From an uncultured virus (IMG/VR IMGVR_UViG_3300034116_001553) (lineage: Duplodnaviria > Heunggongvirae > Uroviricota > Caudoviricetes): a stretch of 64,000 nucleotides of DNA. The notes under the pieces were generated by a model that ran no database searches, had not been told where the DNA came from, and saw nothing but the letters and a program-made list of their open reading frames with translations. A program made the translations under genes and the position numbers. This document shows positions 9,125 to 18,182 of this stretch, in pieces. Numbering within the stretch: the first letter of the stretch is position 1; the number at the start of each line of letters is the position of its first letter. The stretch is taken from the IMG/VR virus record IMGVR_UViG_3300034116_001553. One strand, written 5' to 3'.

Positions 9125-9485
9125 GTTATTATCCAGATTCTTTGGTCACACTTTGCCCGCACAGGGCAAAGATTAAAAGCATTATCCGAGTTCGAATAGC
9201 CACATAGCGTTACAACATTACAGAGGCGGTTGTCCGGTACCTCGAGTTGCGTCTTTATACAACGGCAATCAATATAATATACGCTAACATACTATATTAA
9301 CCTGCAGAATCACTTCTGCGTCTTTTTAGCCTTTAAATTCTTTTCAAACAATCAAACCGCGGCAATTAGCGATCGTCATCCTTTCGGGTAGTGATTGAGT
9401 GCTTGCTAGAGCGGCAAGACTTCCGTCCCTGTGATCCGAGATCCAGGTCTAGGGCACACGAAATTGACCTGTGCGAGTCGTAACT
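9125..9485 (-). ncRNA. Candidate large structured non-coding RNA, family unknown
   Basis: Lies in the 456-bp gap lacking any ORF-track entry, in an otherwise gene-dense genome. At least 8 stems, a 13-bp stem whose three imperfections are G-U pairs on the minus strand, a CC-GAAA-GG tetraloop and possible loop-loop pairing. Ends are approximate. Confidence 0.6.
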
Positions 9486-9493
9486 GCTTAAAA

Positions 9494-10300
9494 TTAAATG
9501 TTTTTAGACCAAGTTGGGTCAAATTTATTAACTAGCTGCCGGTAAAATTTTAAATCTTCTGCTAAAAAAACGTACAACAATTCAAAAGTTTTTTGTTTTT
9601 TACGGATGTGTACATTTTTTAATGCCTGGTAAAGCTTTAGTTTTTTTGGGTTGGATTGATGTAATCGGGGGTCGTCAAGTGGTAGCTGTATATTGTAATT
9701 GTGTTTTTTAAACAAATGCATCATTGATTGTTTTACTTCGTTGTCAGACAAGTTGTCAGACGGAATCCAATGTATCTTATTGATAATACCTTGATATTCG
9801 ACGGTGTATGGCATTGTGTGTATATCAGTAATCAGTATGTCAGATGCTATGTTAAAAAATAGTTCTTGCTGTTCTAAATTGTCAAAATTATCAAATCTAA
9901 TTCTTTTCCAGAACCACTCAGTTAAGCCTTTGAGATATCGATCCGTTGGATTCATGATAGCAGTAAAAACAATGTGCTGATCAAAATTTACTTTGTCCAG
10001 GGTAATTTGTTCCCACCCTATACGAGTAAACAAATCATGATAGTAAATAAATCCGCATTTTGGCACAGGTATAAACACCAAAGAATGATGTCGGTACACC
10101 ACTACCCTGGACCGATGACTGGCAAGCCAGTAATCGGAATCTTCAATTTGATTCAGTGTTGATTCTAGTCCATGCTGTTGATAACATTCGTTTTTGATAC
10201 TATCGGGCAATTTTACAAAGTCACTGTAGGTTTCAATAAGTTGAGGCCAAGACAAATCTTTGACATTGTCATAAAACTTTTGTAAAAAAATTTCACTCAT
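9494..10300 (-). CDS. Sulfotransferase-fold-like protein with N-terminal YxxxKxxxWP...LPxxIxxEC module
   Basis: VFIPVPKCG and VFTAIMNPTDRYLKG resemble the degenerate 5'-PSB and 3'-PB motifs of Sulfotransfer_2 proteins. Confidence 0.45.
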   Translation of the reverse strand: MSEIFLQKFYDNVKDLSWPQLIETYSDFVKLPDSIKNECYQQHGLESTLNQIEDSDYWLASHRSRVVVYRHHSLVFIPVPKCGFIYYHDLFTRIGWEQITLDKVNFDQHIVFTAIMNPTDRYLKGLTEWFWKRIRFDNFDNLEQQELFFNIASDILITDIHTMPYTVEYQGIINKIHWIPSDNLSDNEVKQSMMHLFKKHNYNIQLPLDDPRLHQSNPKKLKLYQALKNVHIRKKQKTFELLYVFLAEDLKFYRQLVNKFDPTWSKNI

Positions 10301-10725
10301 AGTTTTCCTCTAATATGACTACCGTGTACTCTAACTTGTATATGGCCGTTGTAATAATCTTGCGATTCTAATACTCGTCTTGAAAATTGTTCTCTTGCTT
10401 CAATGTAACTGCATTCTGATTTGGAGTTGCAATAATAAAGTATTTCTCTGGTGAAGTTTTCGGTGCCTAGTTTGATTACGTCTGCGGTTAATTCTGGGCT
10501 TGACCCGTAGTACTCTCTCCAATCTGAATCAATCTTCGAGCGTATCTTCTTCCGCTTTTTTATGCCGTTTTTTTGTGTTACTGTTTTGTATGTGGTTTTT
10601 GAAAATTTTGCGAGTTTTTTGCCTATGTACTTGCGACCAGTGAGATTATTTGTAATCAAGTAAACAAATCCAACACACTCTTCGGGCAATGTCTCAACTG
10701 GGGTGTCTTGAAATAGCCATGTCAT
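10297..10725 (-). CDS. GIY-YIG nuclease-family protein (T4-like phage type)
   Basis: GFVYLITNNLTGRKYIGKK, YYGSS, FTREIL, YIEAREQ, YYN. Confidence 0.85.
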   Translation of the reverse strand: MTWLFQDTPVETLPEECVGFVYLITNNLTGRKYIGKKLAKFSKTTYKTVTQKNGIKKRKKIRSKIDSDWREYYGSSPELTADVIKLGTENFTREILYYCNSKSECSYIEAREQFSRRVLESQDYYNGHIQVRVHGSHIRGKL

Positions 10726-10787
10726 ATGTTGTGTGTGATTTATCCTTGCTGTATAGTTATCATCTCCGTTGATCTAAGTGTAAAAAT

Positions 10788-12365
10788 TTAATGAAAATCT
10801 AATAAGGTTTCTAAGTTTTCAAAATCCTGAGTGTTGATGACATTCTTGTCAAGGTTTTGTAAAATGTTATATAAAATTTGTAACTCTTCTCTGTTACGAG
10901 TCTGTGGCCATCCTAGTTTTACACTTACTTCGTGTAACTCTAGTCGACGACGGATGCGTTCTTTTAGTGTGAGTGTTGGGTTTAATTCATTTACCCATCC
11001 AAAGCCCAGTGCAATGTCACGAAGCCCTTGTGGTAGGTTATGAAAACGTTTGGCAAAGTCTGGATCAGTAATTAGTTTTACTTTTGAATCACCAGCTAGC
11101 TTGCCTTCTTCACGGAACATACCAGTGTACCCCCAACGTACCATGTGAATCACTCCTGCTCGAGCATATTTTTGATACCGGTGTAAAAATTCAATATTAT
11201 AATTATGGTCTTCCAATGTTTCAACAGGGTATCCAACAAACATTAAACAAACATTCTTAATTCCGTAATATGCTGACTGTGCAAAATGGAAATCAATATC
11301 TGCATTGGTGTGATTTTTACCCATGTGTTTTCTAACATGAGGACTGTAAGATTCAAATCCAGTGACCAGCATATTACAACCAGCCTTGGCCATTAACTCC
11401 CAGTCTTTTTCAGTTTGATCAAATCTTGTTCTACAAATAAACTGACCAAGATATTTTATTGGTTCTAAACTGACGTCTTGTTTTTTAGCTTGTACTAATT
11501 GCTGATTTACTTCTCTCCACATTTTCATATTACCGTTGATTAAACTGTCGGTAAAGTGAAATAGGTTGACATTGTATTTTTTCTTTCCGTTGATAATTTC
11601 TTTTACAATATCATCGGCACTACGAGAAGTATACTTTGGCCACATGTCTGAAATACTACAAAATTTGCAATTCCTAACACAGCCTCTTGATGCAGTGATA
11701 TAAATTCCCGGCTCAGATGTGTAATAGTAATTTGATGGGTCAATGCCTTCGTATTCAGGATGCGGCAGCTTGTCTAATTTACGAATTTGAACTGCTGGGT
11801 TTCCGTTAACTCCGTTGGAGTTATCATTGCCATTTAATAATTCAATGATGGCCTGTTCACCTTCTCCTTGGATGTAGTAATCAACTAATCCGGTCTTTAG
11901 TGCATAGTCAGCAAACGTTGTGGCATCTAATGCCAGCGGGTTCTTGGTTAAATTTGGCAAACTTCCTGGCCAAGCATAGCTACCTGCTCCGCCTATGACA
12001 ATTTTACAGTTTAATTGATCTCGTACCTTCTGCAACATCACACTGGCAGGGATAACACTGAATCTAGTAAACACAGAAATCCCAACCATGTCAGGCTCAA
12101 ACTCAGCTACAGTTGTTAAAAATTGATCAATGGTGTCATTTAATATTTGTTGAGTTTCGGGTTCTAGTGTATATTTTTTGCAACGCCAGTATTGTTCAAG
12201 TTCAACCCACACATCTGTAGTTACATTGCTGTGTAAAAACAAATTAAAATCATACACGTTACATTCCCAACCAGCACTACGTACACAAGCACTTATGGCC
12301 GCGGCGGCGGCTGGTGGTCTTTCTAACTCTTGACTTGGTACGTTGATAAATGCAAATCGTTTCAT
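10788..12365 (-). CDS. Cobalamin-binding (class B-type) radical SAM enzyme
   Basis: N-terminal Rossmann-like region (PDMVGISVF, IVIGGAG, GEGE), then TASRGCVRNCKFC, FTDSLING, GFESYS and MFVGYPVET. Confidence 0.85.
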   Translation of the reverse strand: MKRFAFINVPSQELERPPAAAAAISACVRSAGWECNVYDFNLFLHSNVTTDVWVELEQYWRCKKYTLEPETQQILNDTIDQFLTTVAEFEPDMVGISVFTRFSVIPASVMLQKVRDQLNCKIVIGGAGSYAWPGSLPNLTKNPLALDATTFADYALKTGLVDYYIQGEGEQAIIELLNGNDNSNGVNGNPAVQIRKLDKLPHPEYEGIDPSNYYYTSEPGIYITASRGCVRNCKFCSISDMWPKYTSRSADDIVKEIINGKKKYNVNLFHFTDSLINGNMKMWREVNQQLVQAKKQDVSLEPIKYLGQFICRTRFDQTEKDWELMAKAGCNMLVTGFESYSPHVRKHMGKNHTNADIDFHFAQSAYYGIKNVCLMFVGYPVETLEDHNYNIEFLHRYQKYARAGVIHMVRWGYTGMFREEGKLAGDSKVKLITDPDFAKRFHNLPQGLRDIALGFGWVNELNPTLTLKERIRRRLELHEVSVKLGWPQTRNREELQILYNILQNLDKNVINTQDFENLETLLDFH

Positions 12366-12901
12366 AGCTGTATTAGTTCTTTTATTTTTTCTACTAGATC
12401 CTCACAGGGATCTAAACTGCCACGAAACTTCCAAACACGATCAGGATCTTTTTCTAAGAAACCAATGACTTCTCGTTTATTTTTTTCTTCAAAATACCAA
12501 TCCCAAAAATTAGAAACCCAATTAAATTCTATTGTTCCGGGAAAATTATATTGATATGGGCTAGTAATAGTTATCGGAGAGTCTGGAAACTGTTGTAGAT
12601 ACCCGCTAAAGTAATCAGGGTAATAAACAAAATCAGTTAGTATCCAGGGTTCTAGTTTGATTTGATTGCATCTAATATTAAGGATTCTAAATTCTGTATC
12701 AGCAACAATATTACCATTACTGTCTATTACCGTATCGTTTTCTGTCTTGCCGCCAAACACAAGTTTTAATTGTCCTAGGTCTTGAATAATAAATTTAGCA
12801 TGTATCAATGGATCTGACAGGTGTGTCTTTTGGTCATCTACCCGTAGGTATCCTGGTGTGCGACCTTGTGATGATGCTATTTCTAACTCAAACTCAAGCA
12901 T
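12362..12901 (-). CDS. Hypothetical protein coupled to the B12 radical SAM gene
   Basis: 179 aa, overlapping both neighbours by 1-4 nt; GKTENDTVIDSNGNIVAD motif. Confidence 0.6.
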   Translation of the reverse strand: MLEFELEIASSQGRTPGYLRVDDQKTHLSDPLIHAKFIIQDLGQLKLVFGGKTENDTVIDSNGNIVADTEFRILNIRCNQIKLEPWILTDFVYYPDYFSGYLQQFPDSPITITSPYQYNFPGTIEFNWVSNFWDWYFEEKNKREVIGFLEKDPDRVWKFRGSLDPCEDLVEKIKELIQL

Positions 12902-14664
12902 CAGGCCATCTCTACATCATTGTTATAGGATGTAAATCCATTTTCTTTTACAACACGTAAAATATTTTCTACACGACCAGCAAGTTCATCTCGGTGACTT
13001 ACTAACCAAATACTTTTATGACGTTCTCTACTCATCTTTTTAAGTAGTGCAAGACTGTTTTCAACACCCTGGGTATCCATACCTGAATCAACAAGTTCGT
13101 CAATGAACAACACATTGATTGGATGATATAAGCTTTCCCAAACATCACGGAATGCCCAGGACATTGACAGTATAAGTCTATTGCGTTCACCACGCGATAA
13201 GTTATCAAAGTCTAAGTCACGGCCCAGTTCGGTAATTTCAACACTGAGATCATTTTGAAATACAACCTGATGCGGCAACCCAATTTTATCTAGATAGTGC
13301 GTTAGTCGAGCATTTAAATAACTTAAATTTTGCTCAATAATCTTTTTGCGAATAAAACTATCTTTTGAAGTCAATAACTTCAACAAGAAGTCTTGATGTT
13401 CTTGCATTCTGGTTAGATCATTTAATCCAACATAGTCAACCACCTGCAATGCTTGTTCTTGCATGTCGCTAATTTGTTCAGCATACGGATCTTGTTCTTG
13501 TTGCTTGCTATCAATCTGTGTTTGTAGGTTGGCCAATGTAGCACGATGATGAATAGCATCTTCTTCGTTGTCATAGAACATCACTGGAGGTTTGCCGACT
13601 GCGCCGATATCATCTAACTCGTTTTGAATTTCACTGACTTCGGTAGTTTGCTCGGTGCATCGTGTTCTTGCATCAGCTAAGTCAGTGCGTTTATTAGTCA
13701 ACACTTGCTCGTGTTTCTCATCATGAAATGCCTGTCCGCAAGTGTGACAGGTATGTGCTTCTAATGAAACAATCTCATCAGACAATTTTTTAATTGTTTT
13801 TTCTTCACGTTGAACTTCTAGCTTTGCTCGACTTAGTTTAGTTTGCAAGTCGTTGAATGCTTTTCTTCTATTATCCCAAGCAGTATGTTCACGGTGTGCA
13901 GTAATTTCTGCATCAATATCAATCTCTTGTAATGCTTCTAACGCTGTCTGTAGTTTGGTAATTTCTTCAGCTCGCTTGGTAATCCATAATGTTTGTCTAC
14001 GCTTTAAACTGTCAATTTGTTCTTCAATCCGTTTGTTTGCTTCTTGAACTGCACGTATTCTAAACTCTTCCTGGCTGATAGAGTCCTTGGTTTCTCTGTT
14101 TAATTCTTTAATACGTTCAGCCTTTTCACTCAGCAACGTTATTCCCAACAACTGTTCGATCAAAGTTCGCTGATCGTTGGCTTTGAGACTTAAAAAAGGT
14201 TCAGTATAAGTGTTAAGTGCTAGAATATGTCTAAACATATCGTGACTCATACCAAGTATGTGTTCAATAGCATCCTGTGTTTCTCTGCTGTCTCCTTGGC
14301 TATCGTCGGTGATTTCTTGTTCTTGACTGTTGACATAAAACTTCAACACGTTGGGTTTTCGACCACGCTCAATTCGATAATTTTTCCCACTCACTTCAAA
14401 ATCTAAACTGACCAACATGTTTTTGCCATTGGTCTTGTTAACAAGATTGTCTTTGCGAATATTGGTCAATGCCTGCCCGTATAATGAATAGCTAAGAGCA
14501 TTGATAATAGTAGTTTTACCGGTACCGTTCCGACTGCCATCTCCACCAAGGTCAAGATTCTCACCTAGCACAAGTGTAAGATCTTTACGATCAAAATCAA
14601 CGGCTTGAGTAGAATTACCCACGCTCATAAAGTTTTTAACAGTCAGAGTTTTAATATTAATCAC
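12901..14664 (-). CDS. Recombination endonuclease ATPase subunit, T4 gp46 / Rad50-SbcC-like
   Basis: KNFMSVGN, Walker A NGTGKTT, zinc-hook CHTC, signature LSRGE, Walker B LFIDE, VSH. Start moved to the GTG at 14664 (MINIKTLTVKNF). Confidence 0.92.
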   Translation of the reverse strand: MINIKTLTVKNFMSVGNSTQAVDFDRKDLTLVLGENLDLGGDGSRNGTGKTTIINALSYSLYGQALTNIRKDNLVNKTNGKNMLVSLDFEVSGKNYRIERGRKPNVLKFYVNSQEQEITDDSQGDSRETQDAIEHILGMSHDMFRHILALNTYTEPFLSLKANDQRTLIEQLLGITLLSEKAERIKELNRETKDSISQEEFRIRAVQEANKRIEEQIDSLKRRQTLWITKRAEEITKLQTALEALQEIDIDAEITAHREHTAWDNRRKAFNDLQTKLSRAKLEVQREEKTIKKLSDEIVSLEAHTCHTCGQAFHDEKHEQVLTNKRTDLADARTRCTEQTTEVSEIQNELDDIGAVGKPPVMFYDNEEDAIHHRATLANLQTQIDSKQQEQDPYAEQISDMQEQALQVVDYVGLNDLTRMQEHQDFLLKLLTSKDSFIRKKIIEQNLSYLNARLTHYLDKIGLPHQVVFQNDLSVEITELGRDLDFDNLSRGERNRLILSMSWAFRDVWESLYHPINVLFIDELVDSGMDTQGVENSLALLKKMSRERHKSIWLVSHRDELAGRVENILRVVKENGFTSYNNDVEMA

Positions 14665-14670
14665 AGTTGT

Positions 14671-14700
14671 ATTGTACAGTATTTTAAGAGAAAAGGCCAA
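14671..14700 (-). promoter_or_regulatory. Possible sigma70-type promoter for the gp46-like gene
   Basis: TTGGCC-18 nt-TACAAT on the minus strand, 6 nt before the GTG start. Confidence 0.4.
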
Positions 14701-14718
14701 CCATAACGGTTGACTGCA

Positions 14719-16170
14719 TTATTCTTTTATTGTGTTAAAAAAGTTTCTTAACAAATTCATGTTGACCTTGAACCCGCTATAGTTGTCTCGATCTAGTCTG
14801 GAATACTTGTCAAATTGTAACAATTTAAATTTTTCTTTCATTGCTAAATTTAATTTTTCAAATTCAACTGCGCCACTCCAGACAGCAAGATATAATTTTT
14901 GATTTGATGCATCCACACAAATATCAAAATCTCCATCACAATACGGAACAACAGTTTCGTGTATTTCGGGAATTGTAAAATATATTTCGTTAATCCTAAA
15001 TAAATTTTCTCGACCCTTGTGTATGTATCCTGCGATGTTATCTCCGATCAGTGTATCCTCAACAACTATATCTTTAATACCAATTGAATCCGCAGTAACA
15101 GAAATTTTATTTTCTACACCGGTGATTGTAAAAAAATCTCCATCTGTTGGTGGATACCAATCGGGACGATATGTGGAAAGATCCTGGCTCTGTTTAATAT
15201 GCTTGACAAACAACGGACCAAATGTTTCATTGGTTCCAAATAAACTAAGAATCTCCTGAATGTTTACTTGTTTTACTAGTTTAATAAATTCGTTGCTGAC
15301 ATGAAACCCGCCGACGATAATTGAAATATTATGCTTAAACTGATCTCCAGACTTGGTCATAATAGAAAATACATTGTCGATTAGTCCTTTATAAGTTATT
15401 GCTACTTTGGAAATTTCTAATTGTTTAATCAGCTCAATGAATTCTTTAATATTTTCCCAACGACCTAACGGAAAACTATAATGCTCTTCAGATGCGTGTA
15501 TTGACGGCAAGAAGTGGGTCATTAATATAAATGAATGATGCAGATTTCTTGTGTGACACACAGAATTATTTTTATAACCAAGAACATCAATATTTCTCAC
15601 AGCAATTCTGTGCAGTTGTTTGTGTGTGTATTTCAATGGTTTGGGAATCCCAGTGCTACCACTGGTAGTTGCATGTACCAGAATAGAATCTTCTGTACAA
15701 AGAACGTTATCTACTAGATATTTGTATAATTGATCATCTTTGATCTTATAAGAAAAGAAAGCCTGGTCAGAGATAATAGATTTACAATATCGTTGTGCCA
15801 TGGCCGATACATTAGAACTTTTTTGGTTAATCTCATCAATGATGGCAGCATCAAACAGACCCTGTTCTTGAGTCATGATTTCCAAATGTTCTACATATCC
15901 AGACTCGTCTGTGGCTTTTTCGGGAGGAGTAATGATTTCAAGACCAAGCTCGGCTGCCGCAAAAAACAAACTGGTATATAAAAATCCAATGGTGGAATCA
16001 TAAATGCAAATTCTGTTACCTGGCCTTAGATTGTACCCTTCGTACAAAATAATTTTCCAATAGTTAATTGTGTCGTTGAACTCTTTAATATTGTAGACTT
16101 TATCTTTGTTTAGACATTCAACAAAACGAATACGTTGATTGATAAAATCTCTTGTGATTACTTCTTTCAT
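14719..16170 (-). CDS. Adenylate-forming (AMP-binding/ANL superfamily) enzyme, divergent
   Basis: P-loop HATTSGSTGIPK, FGTNETFGP and a ED...KGR hinge motif. Sits between the gp47- and gp46-like genes. Confidence 0.7.
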   Translation of the reverse strand: MKEVITRDFINQRIRFVECLNKDKVYNIKEFNDTINYWKIILYEGYNLRPGNRICIYDSTIGFLYTSLFFAAAELGLEIITPPEKATDESGYVEHLEIMTQEQGLFDAAIIDEINQKSSNVSAMAQRYCKSIISDQAFFSYKIKDDQLYKYLVDNVLCTEDSILVHATTSGSTGIPKPLKYTHKQLHRIAVRNIDVLGYKNNSVCHTRNLHHSFILMTHFLPSIHASEEHYSFPLGRWENIKEFIELIKQLEISKVAITYKGLIDNVFSIMTKSGDQFKHNISIIVGGFHVSNEFIKLVKQVNIQEILSLFGTNETFGPLFVKHIKQSQDLSTYRPDWYPPTDGDFFTITGVENKISVTADSIGIKDIVVEDTLIGDNIAGYIHKGRENLFRINEIYFTIPEIHETVVPYCDGDFDICVDASNQKLYLAVWSGAVEFEKLNLAMKEKFKLLQFDKYSRLDRDNYSGFKVNMNLLRNFFNTIKE

Positions 16171-17186
16171 TATAGACTCTGGTAAATGTTCAACAGTAAT
16201 TTTGAATCGTAAAATTCTGATTCAATGTCTGTGATCTGTTGTGTGACAATTTGATCAACACTTTCAAATTTAATTTCACCTGGTGCTAAATCCAAAGTTA
16301 AATCTTGATTTTTAACTGTAATTAGGCCAATTTCTCTAATGGCATGTTTTTGCATGAACGTTTCTTTGATGAAGTTGGCTTCTTCGTAGCTGATATCAAT
16401 ATCAAGTTGAATTCGAACATGCATGTTGTCGCCGAGCAATTTGTTATTTTCATCTAGCAGTTCGCTGAGTTTGTGAACACGGTATCTTGGTTGGTCCTGC
16501 CATGCGTGATATTCTACAGGTTTCCCCCATTCTAAAATAGCACATCCACGTTTGTCGTCTCCAGCATCGGCAAAATTATGTGGGAAACAATTGCCAATGT
16601 AATTGATGTTTTGTCTTTTTTGTCTTAGGTGAAAGTGACCGCTATACACTTCTTCAACACCTGTAAAGTGCTCTGCTTGTAGTTCGCCATGATCCGGCAT
16701 CTCTACCATGGCATTCATTTTAAAATGTGGTAATTCAAAATGTCCGAAAACATATTTAGCTGACAGTTTTGAAATGCGCTTGTGATCGTCTCCCACCAAC
16801 CAGGGAGCAATAACTACATCGCCTTGCTTGAACCAATCGTTGACAATCTGTATGTTGGGTAGATGTTTGGCCCATTCGGCACCGTGAATATCACGCTTGT
16901 CTCTGTAGTACAGGTCGTGATTGCCAGGAATAAAATAAAACTGATCAAATGCTTTAGACAGTTTTTCCAACGCTCGCAGACTAAAGTTCAAGGTCTGTAG
17001 ATTAATGCTGGCTCTATGATGATGCCAGTCGCCAAGGAACATGCCAGTTTCACAGCCCTGCTCTTTGGCCTTGGCAATAAACCAGTCAATAAAATTTTCA
17101 CAGTCTTGGTTGTGTGCCAGGCTATTTGACTTTAGTCCAAAATGAATGTCAGTACAAATAGCCGTTTTACGAAATAGATTAGTCAT
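16170..17186 (-). CDS. Recombination endonuclease nuclease subunit, T4 gp47 / Mre11-SbcD-like
   Basis: Metallophosphoesterase motifs TDIHFG, LGDWHH, PGNHD, FGHFE, SGHFH. Confidence 0.92.
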   Translation of the reverse strand: MTNLFRKTAICTDIHFGLKSNSLAHNQDCENFIDWFIAKAKEQGCETGMFLGDWHHHRASINLQTLNFSLRALEKLSKAFDQFYFIPGNHDLYYRDKRDIHGAEWAKHLPNIQIVNDWFKQGDVVIAPWLVGDDHKRISKLSAKYVFGHFELPHFKMNAMVEMPDHGELQAEHFTGVEEVYSGHFHLRQKRQNINYIGNCFPHNFADAGDDKRGCAILEWGKPVEYHAWQDQPRYRVHKLSELLDENNKLLGDNMHVRIQLDIDISYEEANFIKETFMQKHAIREIGLITVKNQDLTLDLAPGEIKFESVDQIVTQQITDIESEFYDSKLLLNIYQSL

Positions 17187-17192
17187 CTATTG

Positions 17193-17221
17193 ATTATACT
17201 ACTCATCCAAGCTAGATACAA
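17193..17221 (-). promoter_or_regulatory. Sigma70-type promoter for the gp47-like gene
   Basis: TTGTAT-17 nt-TATAAT on the minus strand, with the ATG 6 nt downstream of the -10 box. Confidence 0.6.
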
Positions 17222-18104
17222 CCGGTCCGGATAATGCAGCCATGCCAGCCTTGCCAGAATTTTGTCGAGTCCAGGATGGATTGAGTCCGTTAATTTCTAA
17301 AATATCATCACGGATGTTCTGCATCTTTTTCTCAATATTCAAGACACGAGTAAAGCTATTAGTGATAGCGGCAGTATAATACGCAAAAGGGTTCTGCGAT
17401 TTTGATTCGTCGAATTGCAATCCGATTTGACTGAGTTGTAGCAAGGCTTGTCCCCGCATTTCTTCGTTGTAGGTGTATCCACGCCAGTTGCTCCTTGTAG
17501 CATATCTTTCACATAACTTCATAAACATTGTGGCCAGCTTACGAGTCATAGTACCGTGATCTCGACTGTATTCTCCAGTTTCGAAATCTCCCTTCCAGTG
17601 ACTTCGACCCACAACGTAAGGTACTTTTTGGTCTGTGAGTCGATAATGCCAGAATGGTGGAAAATTAACACGAACGTGTGTTGGGTCACCAACAGGCTCA
17701 ATAACTTCTGCAATTTCATCAAGCACAGAGTCAACCACGTCTTCTTCTAAATCTAAAATATCTTCAAGCTTGCGCTTTTTTTGCTGGCTTTTTGGAATCT
17801 TTTTAGGAGCCATTGGTATGTGTTCCCAACAGGTGATTCTGAATACAAGATCGGTATTGGGGATTTTCTTTTGATCAATGACCACGCCAGTTTCACGTTT
17901 AATACGGTCAGCACGATTGCGTCTTGCGTCGACAATGGTTTTTTGATTAATTTTGCTAACGCTGGGCAAGATAATATCATATTGATGATCGTTTACAGGA
18001 TCTAAAAACGAACAATATGTATTCTTACTCAAATGAATTTCTTTCAAAATATCTCTGTTGTTGAGATAATTGACTTTTTTTGGTGGTGTTGGTAATAATG
18101 ACAT
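17199..18104 (-). CDS. Late-transcription sigma factor, T4 gp55-like
   Basis: NYLNNRDILKEI N-terminus and NWRGYTYNEEMRGQAL...FDESKSQNPFAYYTAAITNSF; T4-like 55-47-46 gene order. Confidence 0.88.
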   Translation of the reverse strand: MSLLPTPPKKVNYLNNRDILKEIHLSKNTYCSFLDPVNDHQYDIILPSVSKINQKTIVDARRNRADRIKRETGVVIDQKKIPNTDLVFRITCWEHIPMAPKKIPKSQQKKRKLEDILDLEEDVVDSVLDEIAEVIEPVGDPTHVRVNFPPFWHYRLTDQKVPYVVGRSHWKGDFETGEYSRDHGTMTRKLATMFMKLCERYATRSNWRGYTYNEEMRGQALLQLSQIGLQFDESKSQNPFAYYTAAITNSFTRVLNIEKKMQNIRDDILEINGLNPSWTRQNSGKAGMAALSGPVVSSLDE

Positions 18105-18130
18105 TCGCTAATGTGCCTCCTAAGTCACGT

Positions 18131-18158
18131 ATTGTAGCATATTTACAACGCTTGTCAA
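18131..18158 (-). promoter_or_regulatory. Sigma70-type promoter upstream of the gp55-like gene
   Basis: TTGACA-16 nt-TACAAT with an extended -10 TG on the minus strand; AGGAGG ribosome-binding site at approx. 18116-18121. Confidence 0.65.
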
Positions 18159-18182
18159 CCTTTATCTTTAACTATGCCGTTT

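Noticed and set aside
9128..9204. Two related 23-24 nt repeats as a CRISPR or TIGR-type guide array
   Set aside because: Only two degenerate copies, and no Cas or Nop-domain gene was recognised in the window.
9125..9485. Identification of the structured region as RNase P RNA, tmRNA, tRNA or a group I intron
   Set aside because: GACGGAAGUC and AAGAAUCUGGAUAAU only loosely resemble RNase P conserved regions and do not form a convincing P4 helix. No tRNA-like ends or group I P7 (R/S) motifs were seen, and no gene is interrupted. Left as unknown family.
10297..10725. GIY-YIG gene as a mobile homing endonuclease in an intron
   Set aside because: Short single-domain protein without NUMOD-type DNA-binding repeats, and not inside an interrupted gene.
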